Below, one piece after another: positions 10,155 to 20,500 of a DNA stretch of 64,000 nt (positions are counted from its first letter, which is position 1; the number at the start of each line of letters is the position of its first letter). The stretch spans positions 219,981-283,980 of the forward strand of contig JACPSJ010000001.1 in assembly GCA_016193315.1 (NCBI GenBank), in the 5' to 3' direction. The notes below the pieces were generated by a model. The model ran no database searches and was not told the origin of the DNA. It worked only from the letters and a program-made list of their open reading frames with translations. The stretch is from Candidatus Kerfeldbacteria bacterium (GTDB lineage Bacteria; Patescibacteriota; Patescibacteriia; SBBC01; CAIJZX01). Both the position numbers and the translations under genes were made by a program.

Positions 10155-10580
10155 ATGCCAGATCGCGATCCTACGCCGGCGCCAGCCGGTCACCTCGATC
10201 CGCCAGGCCGCGGACCCACCATCGGCCTAGCGATGCTAGACCAGCCAGCACCGCGCCAGCCGCCTGGCTTGGCCGACCGCTTTGGCCATGCCGCACTACT
10301 GACGTGGCGACGACTCATCCACCGGCAGCCTCAACCGCGGGTTCATGAAGTGCGGCCGGCGGTGGTCGAAGCACTGACCGCGCATGGGTCATTGTCCTCC
10401 GTCGAGTTGGCCTTACGCTCGTGCCGCTACTTCGAGGCCGAAGCCGAAGCCGCGGTGATTGGTCTGATCGCTGAAGGTCGAGTGGTGGTGGCGTATGAAG
10501 ACATGCGGCCTGGAGGATCATTGCCCCCGCGGCACGACTGTCCGGTTCGACTCAAGACGCTGTTCGACCCGGCCACCTAG
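10155..10580 (+). CDS. Hypothetical small protein (weak call)
   Basis: An ORF ending at a perfect 26-bp palindrome plus terminator. The Ala/Pro/Arg-rich composition could be a GC artefact. Confidence 0.25.
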   Translation: MPDRDPTPAPAGHLDPPGRGPTIGLAMLDQPAPRQPPGLADRFGHAALLTWRRLIHRQPQPRVHEVRPAVVEALTAHGSLSSVELALRSCRYFEAEAEAAVIGLIAEGRVVVAYEDMRPGGSLPPRHDCPVRLKTLFDPAT

Positions 10581-10637
10581 CTCAGGCTTAAGCCTGAGCT
10601 AGGCCTCAGCCTTCGCCCAGCCGAAGGCTGCTTTTCT
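10577..10637 (+). terminator. Tandem hairpins: a perfect palindrome CTAGCTCAGGCTTAAGCCTGAGCTAG, then CAGCCTTCG-N6-CGAAGGCTG followed by CTTTTCT
   Basis: Stem-loops followed by a U-tract, read directly from the sequence. Confidence 0.5.
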
Positions 10638-10912
10638 AACGTTTGCCGGTCTCTAGACTGTGCCGGGAGTCGGGAAATAATGTGCTGCAGAAGCCCTGGC
10701 GCTTGGGGGATGAGACTTGTTTGACCACCCCCGCATCACGCCTGGGGGGTGAAAAAATGGAAATTTCCTAGGCGCGAATCTCGCGAACAACATCTTGACA
10801 TTGGCGGCCATCATGCTAAGGTGGCCGCGTTTCGTTTACCCGTTCCTTCAATCCCCGCACCTGACCGGCGTGGTCGGTCAGTACGAGGCTCCGCCCAAGG
10901 AGGTGAAACGTC

Positions 10913-11491
10913 GTGCCCAATGCACGGTCGAGCGAAAACCGTTCGTGGCTGCTGGCCTTCAGCCTGCAGACCGCCGTGGTGATTCTCGAATGTTGGAGCG
11001 CCGGCCGGACCGGCAGTCGGGCCTTGTGGAGCGACTTTGCGCACAACGCCAACGACGTTTTACTCCTCATCCTGACTGCCTTGCCGACCTGGCAGCGCGG
11101 GTGGCGCCAGCCATCGCTGTGGGTCAACATCATCTCGCTTGAGCTGAGTGGGCTGGGAGCCGTGCTGTTCGGCTATCGCGCTCTCCACCAAGTAGGGTCG
11201 CCGGTCGACTACGAACATGCTTGGCCGGTGGCCGTCGTCAGCCTGGTGGCCAATCTGACCATCTACGGCATCGTTCGACCATATCGGCACCACCCGCACG
11301 TCCAGGTTTTCGGTTGGCACCAACTGTGGGATGTGGCGGCCGCGCTCAGTGCCGCCATTCTGCTTGGGGCTGGCTCAGCCCGGCCAACACTGCCCCTCGA
11401 TGCCATCGCCACCATCACCATCGGCTGCGCCATGATTCTCCACTGGCCGGTCACCAAGCTCTTTGAGCGAAACAATAACCACCCCCACTGA
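10913..11491 (+). CDS. Cation diffusion facilitator-like membrane protein, transmembrane domain only
   Basis: SDFAHNANDVLLLILTAL, a His-rich loop (HHPH) and LWDVAAALSAAILLG resemble CDF TM helices. The C-terminal cytoplasmic domain is missing. Confidence 0.35.
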   Translation: MPNARSSENRSWLLAFSLQTAVVILECWSAGRTGSRALWSDFAHNANDVLLLILTALPTWQRGWRQPSLWVNIISLELSGLGAVLFGYRALHQVGSPVDYEHAWPVAVVSLVANLTIYGIVRPYRHHPHVQVFGWHQLWDVAAALSAAILLGAGSARPTLPLDAIATITIGCAMILHWPVTKLFERNNNHPH

Positions 11492-11520
11492 CGAGCGCCA
11501 CGCTCGTTTTTCTTTTTCCG
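11491..11520 (+). terminator. Rho-independent terminator ACGAGCG-CCA-CGCTCGT followed by TTTTTCTTTTT
   Basis: Hairpin plus T-tract immediately after the stop at 11491. Confidence 0.55.
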
Positions 11521-11622
11521 GTCCGTCCGGTACACTTCCCACATGACCCCGTTAGAGCGTCCGTTTCAGGCCTCATCGAACTTCGGGCTTAAATGTCTTC
11601 GAATAAATAGCGTTCTAACGGT

Positions 11623-12297
11623 ATGATTATTACCATTTCCGGGTTGCCGGGATCAGGCAAGGGGACGGTCGGCCGGCTGCTGGCTCGCCAGCTAGGGTAT
11701 CGGTATTACTCAATTGGTGATCTGCGCCGCGCCATGGCTCGGGAGCGCGGTTTAACTCTCGAGGAGCTCAACACGCTGGGAGAACGCCAGCCATTCACTG
11801 ACCGCCAAGTTGATCGATGGCAAGCTACACTCGGTCGGACACGGGACAATCTCATCGTTGAAGGCCGGACATCGTTTTATTTCATCCCTCATTCGGTCAA
11901 GGTTTTTCTCAGCGTCAGTCGGCGTGAAGCAGGTCGGCGGATCGCCAGCGACCAGAATCATCTCCGCCGGTTCGAGGCCGGTAGCCACTTCACCAACATT
12001 AAAACTGTGATGGACGCCCTCAGTCGGCGCTTCGCGAGCGACACGAGACGTTATCGAAAGTATTACAGCCTCGATATTTTTGACCGCAAACACTACGATT
12101 TGTACCTAGCGACCACCCATAAGAGTCCAAAACAGGTGGCAAATGAAATCATGATGTTTTTAGCTAAGATTAGACAAAGAAAGCATCATGTTGAGAAAAC
12201 GAGGAAAAGTTCAAAACATTCCACAAGGGTCAGGTCGAAAAATGTGGATAAAAAACGACTTAAAATGGCTAAGGTTAGAGGATATAAATATCTTTGA
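11623..12297 (+). CDS. Cytidylate kinase-like (archaeal-type cmk / AAA_18 family) with a Lys/Arg-rich C-terminal tail
   Basis: P-loop ISGLPGSGKGTVGRLLARQLGYRYYSIGDLRR. The last roughly 55 aa are strongly basic and AT-rich. Confidence 0.65.
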   Translation: MIITISGLPGSGKGTVGRLLARQLGYRYYSIGDLRRAMARERGLTLEELNTLGERQPFTDRQVDRWQATLGRTRDNLIVEGRTSFYFIPHSVKVFLSVSRREAGRRIASDQNHLRRFEAGSHFTNIKTVMDALSRRFASDTRRYRKYYSLDIFDRKHYDLYLATTHKSPKQVANEIMMFLAKIRQRKHHVEKTRKSSKHSTRVRSKNVDKKRLKMAKVRGYKYL

Positions 12298-12339
12298 CAA
12301 AGACCTTTTTTCTTGCTATACTTGACCCTGTATTGATTT

Positions 12340-12742
12340 TTCACAAGATACTTGCCAGATAGTCAAGAAAGCAGCATAGCTGTCCTGAGCCCCCGACTTG
12401 GCGGGACGTAAGGAACTCCGTTCGGACAGATGGCTGTGTTCCCTTCTCGACTATCCGTTGGTGACCGAGCACCGACTTCATGAAACAAAAATTAAAGAGG
12501 TGGGTTCGGGTGACGAGTGATATCGGCCCGGATTGCACCGGAAGGACGGTCGAGAAGCGCTCTCTGACAGCTCGGTATCCATAGAGCACTGGATATACAG
12601 CATCATGCTGTGCGGTGCGGATTTCTGCCCCCGACAGTTCGGCGGTAGAAATCCGCGCCTGCACGGCTGGCGATATATCCCCCAGGCCAGACAGGCCACA
12701 TAACTTTTGTAATATGGGCCGCTCGTCTGGCCTTTCTTTATT
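12340..12742 (+). ncRNA. Unassigned, highly structured roughly 400-nt non-coding region (candidate structured RNA; strand tentative)
   Basis: No credible ORF on either strand. Perfect 10-bp stem GCGGATTTCT/AGAAATCCGC (12617-12656). A plus-strand terminator-like stem GGCCAGAC...GTCTGGCC is followed by TTTCTTTATT (12686-12742). It contains CCAGUGC, CAGAGAGC and two GUCGGGGGC motifs. Confidence 0.3.
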
Positions 12743-12763
12743 AAGAACGATATGTAATAATCA

Positions 12764-13162
12764 ATGTGGGAAACCATGCATTTCCGCCTCGTCATATCCA
12801 CCGTTCTGGCTATCGTGGTCCTAGCCGCTGGCTTAGTGTATTGGCAAACTCGAACTACCACCCCCACTACGACGTCGACGACGAACCGGACCGCCAGTGA
12901 CGAATACCAACCAGACGTGGCCGCCCTATCTCCGGTCAGCCAAGCGGTAATTGAGTTTGAAGCTGAAGATGCCGTGGTCGAACAGTTTGATGGCACGCTG
13001 GCCGACCTGGCCAGCGATGAGACAAGCGCCTCGACCGACACCGCTTCCCTTGATGCGGATCTCGAGTCTTTGTCGACGCTCGAAGGCATGGTCGCTGGAC
13101 AGGCGGACGATGACAACACCCTTGACGAATCTCTGGCCGCGACCGCCGACCTTGGCAACTAA
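12764..13162 (+). CDS. Small secreted or anchored acidic protein
   Basis: N-terminal hydrophobic segment, a Thr-rich linker and an acidic Asp/Glu-rich tail. The overlapping minus-strand ORF 12478-13158 was judged spurious. Confidence 0.35.
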   Translation: MWETMHFRLVISTVLAIVVLAAGLVYWQTRTTTPTTTSTTNRTASDEYQPDVAALSPVSQAVIEFEAEDAVVEQFDGTLADLASDETSASTDTASLDADLESLSTLEGMVAGQADDDNTLDESLAATADLGN

Positions 13163-13174
13163 GTAGGGAAACCT

Positions 13175-13963
13175 ATGCCTCGTTATCTTCTCACCACTGC
13201 CGTCCTCAGCCTGGGGCTGCTGTTGACTGCGATCATAACCCAAGCTCAAGGCACCAACGGCAATTTTAACCGGCCCGGCCTAAGCAACGACTGGCAGACC
13301 GCTATTGATGAACTCCGTAACGCGCGGCAGAACTTCCGCACCACCCGCCAGGAGGCCGCTCGCAACCTAGCCAACCGGGCCGTCAACGCTAGGCAGGAAT
13401 TACTCGCCCGGCGCTTCGAGCATCGGCAGGCGGCCATGCTCCGCCTGCTTGATGTCTACACCAGACATCTGGAGCGAACCAAAGATCGGGTCAACCGGAT
13501 GCCGATCATTTCTGATGAGGAGAAGGCCAACGCGGTGAGCAAGATTGACGAAGCCCTGGTGGCCGTGGCCGGCCTGCACAGCCAAGTCGAAGACGCCAGC
13601 GATGACGAGACCCTGAAATCGCTGATCCCGACCATTCGGGAACAGGTCCGCAACTACCATACTATCGTTCGGGGCATTGTTCGGTCGATTCACGCTTCAC
13701 GCATCAGTGCCTTTCTCGACCAGGCGAATGATCGGACCACGGATTTAGGTGCACGACTCGATGCACTGAAAGCCGCCGGCCACGATGTCAGCGCCTTGGA
13801 AACGAAGTTGACCGAAGCAGAGGACAAGCTGGCTCAAGCCGAAACGCAGCGGGCGAATGGTGAATACCGGCTGGCCATCCAATCCCTGAAAGATGTTTAC
13901 CAGCTGCTCCGTCAAGTCCTGCCAGGGATCAACGAGATAGGCGCCGGCGGCGCTACCGAATAG
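13175..13963 (+). CDS. Secreted coiled-coil protein
   Basis: Signal peptide MPRYLLTTAVLSLGLLLTAIITQAQG, then helical heptad-like sequence. Confidence 0.45.
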   Translation: MPRYLLTTAVLSLGLLLTAIITQAQGTNGNFNRPGLSNDWQTAIDELRNARQNFRTTRQEAARNLANRAVNARQELLARRFEHRQAAMLRLLDVYTRHLERTKDRVNRMPIISDEEKANAVSKIDEALVAVAGLHSQVEDASDDETLKSLIPTIREQVRNYHTIVRGIVRSIHASRISAFLDQANDRTTDLGARLDALKAAGHDVSALETKLTEAEDKLAQAETQRANGEYRLAIQSLKDVYQLLRQVLPGINEIGAGGATE

Positions 13964-13980
13964 GGTTTCCGGTCGCGGCC

Positions 13981-14421
13981 ATGAACCAGGGTGGCCGAGG
14001 ACGTATACAAGCCATAGTCCTGTGTTTGCTATTGTTGATCGCTGATCGCTGGTTGAAGCAACTCGCCTTAGCCGGCCGAAGTTTGACCATCGGTCCTTTG
14101 GACTTTGAGCTCTTCGCTAACCACTCGTTGGTTTTTAGCCTACCGTTTCCCGCCGCCGCCATCTTGACGCTGATGGTGGTGGCGACTATGGTGGTAGCGA
14201 TGCTCGTCGTCCGGTCGTGGCCCCGGGCGGGCTGGCCCTGGTTTGGATCGATGCTGATGCTCAGCGGAGCGACCAGCAACCTCGTTGACCGGCTAGGCCA
14301 CGGGTTTGTCATCGATTGGGGGTACCTCGGTCCGTGGTGGCCGGTTTTCAACCTCAGCGATGTCATGGTTGTGGTCGGTTTGGGGATCTACCTTTGGCCG
14401 CCTCCATTGACGTCCCGGTAG
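13981..14421 (+). CDS. lspA: Lipoprotein signal peptidase II
   Basis: SNLVDRL ... FVIDWGYLG ... FNLSDVMVVVG are conserved LspA motifs; 4 TM segments. Confidence 0.75.
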   Translation: MNQGGRGRIQAIVLCLLLLIADRWLKQLALAGRSLTIGPLDFELFANHSLVFSLPFPAAAILTLMVVATMVVAMLVVRSWPRAGWPWFGSMLMLSGATSNLVDRLGHGFVIDWGYLGPWWPVFNLSDVMVVVGLGIYLWPPPLTSR

Positions 14422-14471
14422 AGTCTTGCTAGGATTGGCGTGCCTGGTGGCTCGGCAGTCGCGCCGCCAAC

Positions 14472-15989
14472 TTGGTGTTGGCGATTTTTCCTATGCCTGC
14501 CACCATCCACAGCGCCGCCGTTTTCGGTCTCGAAGCGCGGCTGGTAACCGTTGAGGTCGATCTCCACTCCGGCCTACCAAAAATTATTGTCGTCGGGTTG
14601 CCCGACACTATCGTTCAAGAAGCCGGCGAGCGGATTCGTTCAGCCATCAAGAACGCCGGTTTTCGTTTTCCTTACGGTCGTGTCACCATCAACCTCTCGC
14701 CAGCCGACTGGCGGAAAGAGGGGTCGGGTTTTGACTTGCCAGTAGCGCTGGCGGTGTTGATGGCCAGTGGTCAACTACCGGATGCCTTTCAAGGTCTCAT
14801 TGTTGTCGGCCAGCTCGGTTTGACTAGCCAGGTCCGAGCAACGATTGGGGTGCTGGCGATGGCCACGTTGGCTCGTCGGCTCGGCCGCCCGCTCGTGGTG
14901 CCAGAAGACAACGCGGCCGAGGCGGCCCTCATCCGGGGCTTAACAGTCATCCCAGCCAACAATCTTCTGAGTCTGTCAGGCATCGTTCTTTCCCACCGAC
15001 CATGGCCGCGGTGGCGGACGGCAGCGGCCCGCCGGGCGCCGGTTCCGCACTGGGGGTACTGGCCGAGCATCATCGGCCAGCAGCAAGCCAAACGAGCGAT
15101 GGTTATCGCTGCCGCCGGGCACCACAACGTTCTGCTGATCGGCCCGCCGGGGGCCGGCAAGACACTCCTGGCGCACGCCACGGCCGAACTCTTGCCACCG
15201 CTGTCCGAACCCGAAGCCATTGAAGTGACGACCATCTACAGCGTGGCCAATCAACTGACGACCGGCGGCTTGATCACGCGACGGCCGTTTCGTCAGCCTC
15301 ACCACACGGCCTCGGTGGCCTCACTGGTCGGGGGCGGTCGATCGCCGAAACCTGGTGAGCTGTCACTGGCGCACCACGGGATTCTTTTCCTTGATGAGTT
15401 TCCAGAGTTCACCCGGGCGCACATTGAAGCGCTCCGCCAGCCATTGGAAGACGGTACGGTCACGGTCAGTAGGGTAGCCGGCAGCTTGGAGTTCCCAGCC
15501 GCCTGTTTGCTGATCGCGGCCATGAATCCTTGCCCCTGCGGTTGGCGGCATACCAGTGGACGTCAGTGCCGCTGCACGAACAGTCAGATTCAGCGCTACC
15601 AACGCCGTCTGTCTGGGCCGGTCCTCGATCGTTTCGATCTGTTCGTGCCGGTGCCGCCGGTGCCAGCGTCAGCGACCACCGCCCAAGCCAACGACGACCC
15701 ACGTCCGCTGGTAGTCGCGGCCCGCCAACGCCAACGCCAGCGGTATCAAGATGAACGGGTGACGAATAGTCGCATCCGCGGACGGCTCCTGACGGCCGCC
15801 GGTGTTCTCAGCCCGGCCGAACAAACGTTGCTTCAGCAGGCGATGGAAAGACTGCAGTTTTCCATGCGCGCCCACCAGCGGATTTTGCGAGTGGCGCGTA
15901 CCATTGCTGACTTAGCTGGCGCCGAGTGGATCGGCCGCGATCACTTGGCCGAAGCGCTGCACTATCGGCCACCGCCCTTGCTTGGCTAG
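14472..15989 (+). CDS. comM: YifB/ComM family Mg-chelatase-like AAA+ ATPase
   Basis: Walker A GPPGAGKTLLA, Walker B ILFLDEFPEF and the C-terminal CPCG/ChlI-like domain. Confidence 0.9.
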   Translation: MVLAIFPMPATIHSAAVFGLEARLVTVEVDLHSGLPKIIVVGLPDTIVQEAGERIRSAIKNAGFRFPYGRVTINLSPADWRKEGSGFDLPVALAVLMASGQLPDAFQGLIVVGQLGLTSQVRATIGVLAMATLARRLGRPLVVPEDNAAEAALIRGLTVIPANNLLSLSGIVLSHRPWPRWRTAAARRAPVPHWGYWPSIIGQQQAKRAMVIAAAGHHNVLLIGPPGAGKTLLAHATAELLPPLSEPEAIEVTTIYSVANQLTTGGLITRRPFRQPHHTASVASLVGGGRSPKPGELSLAHHGILFLDEFPEFTRAHIEALRQPLEDGTVTVSRVAGSLEFPAACLLIAAMNPCPCGWRHTSGRQCRCTNSQIQRYQRRLSGPVLDRFDLFVPVPPVPASATTAQANDDPRPLVVAARQRQRQRYQDERVTNSRIRGRLLTAAGVLSPAEQTLLQQAMERLQFSMRAHQRILRVARTIADLAGAEWIGRDHLAEALHYRPPPLLG

Positions 15990-17134
15990 AAGAAGGACAG
16001 CGGGTTCAGTGGTACACCGCGGGAACGGATTTCAAAATGGACGTGGGTGCCGGAACATCGTCCGGTACAACCCTGCATGGCAATGGTCTGTCCCTGGCTC
16101 ACTCGCTGGCCAGGACTAACAAAGACCTTGCTATCGTGAGAGTAGAGTGTCGAGTAGCCATTGCCGTGGTCGATGATGACGTGGAGACCGTAGCCGTTCC
16201 GACTGTAGGCAGCATACGTGACGGTGCCGCTGGCGGCCGCGTAGATGGGCGTGGTAGTCTCGCCATCGATGTCAATGCCGGTATGCCAGCGCCCGCGGAA
16301 GTACTGATTGATTCGGTGGCCGACCGTCGGCCAGATAAAGCGCGCGCCGCTGGCCGGCGCCGATGGCGGTGGGTTGTCAGACCGCGAGAAAACGCCAGCC
16401 AAGAACGTTCGCTGTGGCGGGGGAGCCGGCGGGGCCGGTGGTTCACCGCCGGGAATAATGATCTCTTGGCCGACTTCAATAGCTTCGGCCAATGGCACGT
16501 TGTTGGTCGCCAAGATTTCATCCTCGCGACCCTGGTAGCGGCTGGCGATGCTGCTGACCGTGTCTCCACTCTTGACGGTATAGAGGTAGCCGCTGACCGA
16601 AGGGATTTTCAGTACTTGGCCGGGCTTGATGAAATCAGTATCGCTCAAACCGTTAGCCCATAGAACGGTTCGACTGGAAATGCCAAATTGCTCGGCAATG
16701 GTACTGACCGTGTCGCCACCCTCGACGGTGTAGGTTTCTACGGTCCGCCGTTCGGTTACGACTTGACTGGCTCCGCCCACGGCCGGCGCGGCGTCAGACG
16801 TTGGGTTAGCCACGGTGCTGTCTGCGACGGGCGCTGAAACGAACAACTCCGGTCCGCCGACCGCGGCCAGGGCGACGTTGGACCGGCCGGTCTGGCCGGC
16901 GCCCGTTTCAACAATCAATTCGCTGTCGCCCTGGAAAAAGGAGTTCCACGGTGCGCCTTGCCCGATTTCATCCGGCCGGACCGTCCGGGCCAGCAGGTTA
17001 GTGGTCAAGCCAAAAATGCCCAAGGCGATTAGTCCCAAGTGGACGGCGTAGCGGTAGGAAAACTGGGTGACCGAGCGAATGCCAGCCAGCCGCGGGTGGA
17101 ATTTGATTTTCTGCTTGATCCGTACGTAGCGCAT
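15986..17134 (-). CDS. LysM-domain M23 family peptidoglycan endopeptidase with a signal-anchor
   Basis: Two LysM modules (YTVEGGDTVSTIAEQFGI and YTVKSGDTVSSIASRY) and M23 motifs (HTGIDIDG and GTHVHFEIR). The ORF-track start at 17485 would leave only 15 nt to leuS, so an internal Met was chosen. Confidence 0.8.
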   Translation of the reverse strand: MRYVRIKQKIKFHPRLAGIRSVTQFSYRYAVHLGLIALGIFGLTTNLLARTVRPDEIGQGAPWNSFFQGDSELIVETGAGQTGRSNVALAAVGGPELFVSAPVADSTVANPTSDAAPAVGGASQVVTERRTVETYTVEGGDTVSTIAEQFGISSRTVLWANGLSDTDFIKPGQVLKIPSVSGYLYTVKSGDTVSSIASRYQGREDEILATNNVPLAEAIEVGQEIIIPGGEPPAPPAPPPQRTFLAGVFSRSDNPPPSAPASGARFIWPTVGHRINQYFRGRWHTGIDIDGETTTPIYAAASGTVTYAAYSRNGYGLHVIIDHGNGYSTLYSHDSKVFVSPGQRVSQGQTIAMQGCTGRCSGTHVHFEIRSRGVPLNPLSFF

Positions 17135-17500
17135 GTAGAAGGGCAGCAGCAGTAGACGAAACACCCCGCGGCTGATCCAGCCGAGGGGCTTGAGCAGGGT
17201 TACCCGCAGGAGCAGGAGTAAACCCTTACCGGTCGCGGCCAGTCCACGGAGGACGTGGATGGCCAGGCGAACGATGGTTTGTTTGATCAGGATACTAATA
17301 GAGACTCCGTTCCACCCTATCGTCACCTTCCCCGGATCGCAACGAAACCACCATCCCAAGGCGTGGCGATAGGACTTAGTGTCGCCGAAATAGTGGGAGT
17401 GATAATACCAACTTGACCCAGACGTGTCAACGAAGATCTCCACAACTCGGCAATGTTTGTTTCGAAAACTTGTTACCTTAGCCAAAGGTTGGTACCCTGA

Positions 17501-20500
17501 ATGTCTATGGCTGCGTCAAAATACGACCATCAGGCAATCGAAAAGAAATGGCAGCAAAGCTGGGTGGAAGCGGGCGTATTTCGCCCACCTCTCCCCACCG
17601 GCGCTTCGCGCCACCCCCCCTCAACCCCCGCTGCTGCGGAGAGGGGAGGACGTTCTACGTACGTCCTCGACATGTTCCCCTACCCTTCGGCTGACGGACT
17701 GCACGTCGGCCACCCAGAAGGGTACACGGCCACGGATATCGTCAGTCGATATTTACGGATGAAAGGCATGACCGTGCTCCACCCAATGGGCTGGGATGCC
17801 TTCGGCCTTCCTACTGAGAACGCCGCGATCCAAAAAAAGATTCATCCCCGGATCGTGACCGAACAAAACGTCAAGAATTTCAAACGGCAAATTATGTCGC
17901 TTGGCTTTTCGTATGACTGGGGCCGTGAACTCAACACCACCGACCCGAAATACTACAAATGGACGCAGTGGATATTCCTGCAGCTGTTCAAAAAAGGGTT
18001 GGCCTACGAAGCGGAGTTACCGATTTGGTGGTGTCCGAAAGACAAAACTGGCTTGGCCAATGAAGAAGTGGTGGGCGGAGTCTGCGACCGGTGCGGGACG
18101 AAAGTCGAGCGGAAAATGCTGCGGCAGTGGGTCTTGAGAATTACTGCGTACGCCGAACGTCTGCTCAAAGGCTTGGATAAACTCAATTGGCCGGAGAACA
18201 TTAAGGCGCTGCAGCGGAATTGGATTGGGAAGAGCCAGGGGGCAGAGGTAGTGTTTGGGATAAAAACTCCGAGTGCGAAAAAGCCCCAACTTTTTATTAG
18301 CACGAAAAATCCAGCCAAGAAAAAGAGATATGTTCATATGTTTGCGCCGCTGGGGGTCGACATTGTTACCACTGATGATCTTGGAAAGTCTGTCACTGAT
18401 GTAGAAGTTGAGGAGGGAGAAGATATAAAAGAAAATGCCTTAAAGAAAGCACAGATTTTTCATCAAGCAACCGGCTTGCCGACGCTCGCTATTGATGAGG
18501 GCTTGATTATTGATACTTTTCCGGCCAACCAACAACCGGGCTCGCACGTTCGTCGTATCCCTGGCTTTTCTGGGCGCCCGACTGATGAAGATATGTCGAC
18601 GTATTACATCAATGAAGTGGTTAAACACGGAGGTGAAAGTCTGGTCCACTGGGAACACGCAATCGCTTATGTCGATGAATTCGGCGCGAAGGAGACACAG
18701 ATCAAGGTTACATCCAGTAAGATCGTAGCCACGAAAAGTAAAAAAGTAAAAGACGGATACCCCCTCGATTCACTTCTTATTGATTTGAAAACAGGAAAAT
18801 ACCGTTCCGAATTGACCCCCAAAGAAGATGAAGCTGCAATTCAGCCACTCACAGATGCACTAACCAGATTTGTCTCCGGGGCTTTATCAAAAAGCTCACA
18901 AGTCACGGTATTCACCACTCGTCCGGACACGCTCTTTGGCGCGACGTACCTGGTCTTGTCGCCAGAACACCCGCTGGTTGATGTGATTACCACTCCCGAA
19001 AAGAAGCCCGCTGTTGAGAAGTACAAGAAAGAGGTGGCCAGCAAGTCGGATCTTGAACGGACGGCGCTTGAAAAGGAAAAGACCGGCGTGTTCACGGGCG
19101 CGTACGCGATCAATCCGGTCAACAACGAAAAAATCCCAGTCTGGATCGCGGATTACGTTTTGATGTCGTATGGCACCGGCGCAATTATGGCTGTGCCGGC
19201 GCATGATGAGCGTGACTACGAATTTGCGAAGAAACACGAATTACCAATTCGGGAAGTTATTATTCCGTACCGCTATTACAAACCCAATCCGCCGCGGCCG
19301 GGGAAGAAAACGGTGGAACGAAGGAACATTCACCCCATCGTCAAGAACCCGAGAACCGGAAAGTTTTTGGCTCTTCGTTGGACAAAGCATCCATGGGTCA
19401 CGTTCCCGATGGGCGGCATCGACGGCAATGAAGACATCGTCAAAGCGGCCGAACGAGAAGTAGCCGAGGAAACGGGCTACACTGATCTGAAGTTTGAACG
19501 AGTCTTGGGCGGTCAGGTGAAGGCGGAATATTTTGCCGCTCACAAAAACGAAAACCGCGTAGCTTACACGCAGGCGGTAGTGTTTTCATTGCGCAGCGAG
19601 AAGAGAATTCCGGTTCCGGAGCATGAGCTGAAAGAACACGAAGTCATTTGGCTCGACCCCAAAGAACTCAATTCGCAGGTGATGGTTCATGCCGAACTTG
19701 ACGTCTGGCTCCATCGCTTAGCCAGAGATGAGCATGCATACACGGGCGAAGGAGCGCTGATTAACTCCGGTCAGTTCGACGGACTGACGAGCGAAGATGG
19801 GCGGAAGAAAATCGTGGAATGGCTTAAGACGCAAGGCAAAGCCAAACCAAAGGTGAATTATAAACTCCGCGACTGGGTGTTTTCGCGGCAGCGGTACTGG
19901 GGCGAACCGATTCCGCTGGTGCACTGCGAAAATTGTGCGAATATTGTCCAATCTACGAATTATACTCTCCATTTCTCTGATCGCGAGATTTGGGGAGATT
20001 TGTTGAGTGGCAAGAAAACGATTGAAACTCGGGCCCTTAACCCCGAAGAGCCCGAGCGGTATTTCGGCAATATCAAACCTGGACACGCTACACCCGAGTC
20101 GTACATCAAAGGCATCTTCAAGCCGACCGGCGAAGTCGCATACTTTCGCGTCAAAAGCGTAAGAATCTACAAATCGCTGCGAAAACTCTTTGTCGATAAG
20201 AAAGTTCACGCAAAGATTTGGCCCGATCGGACATTCAAGACCTTGGAAGAATTGCGCCAATCACATGACGAACTGACGCCTGGCAATGCCGCCAAGATCG
20301 ATAAGAACGGTCTGATTGCCTTTGAAATCAAGCACGTGTTACCTGGCATCATCCCACTCAAGGAAGATGAATTGCCGCTCGAACTCCCGGACGTTGAAAG
20401 ATACGAACCGACTGGGATTGGCGAATCACCGTTGGCCGCGATTAACGAATGGGTCAATGTGAAGTGCCGCGTTTGCGGTCATCCGGCCAAGCGCGAAACG

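Noticed and set aside
12340-12742. Assignment of the structured non-coding region as RNase P RNA or tmRNA
   Set aside because: I could not find the canonical P4 sequences (GGAAAGUCCGGGCU / ACAGAACCCGGCUUA), nor a tRNA-like 3-prime end with a GGUUCGA T-loop. It is left unclassified.
12478-13158. 226-aa minus-strand ORF
   Set aside because: Ser/Ala-rich low-complexity translation overlapping a plus-strand ORF with signal peptide and the structured RNA candidate. Likely spurious.
17135-17485. N-terminal 117 aa of the ORF-track M23 peptidase (start at 17485)
   Set aside because: It would place the start codon 15 nt from the leuS start with no room for promoters. An internal Met precedes a signal-anchor helix, so it is more plausible.
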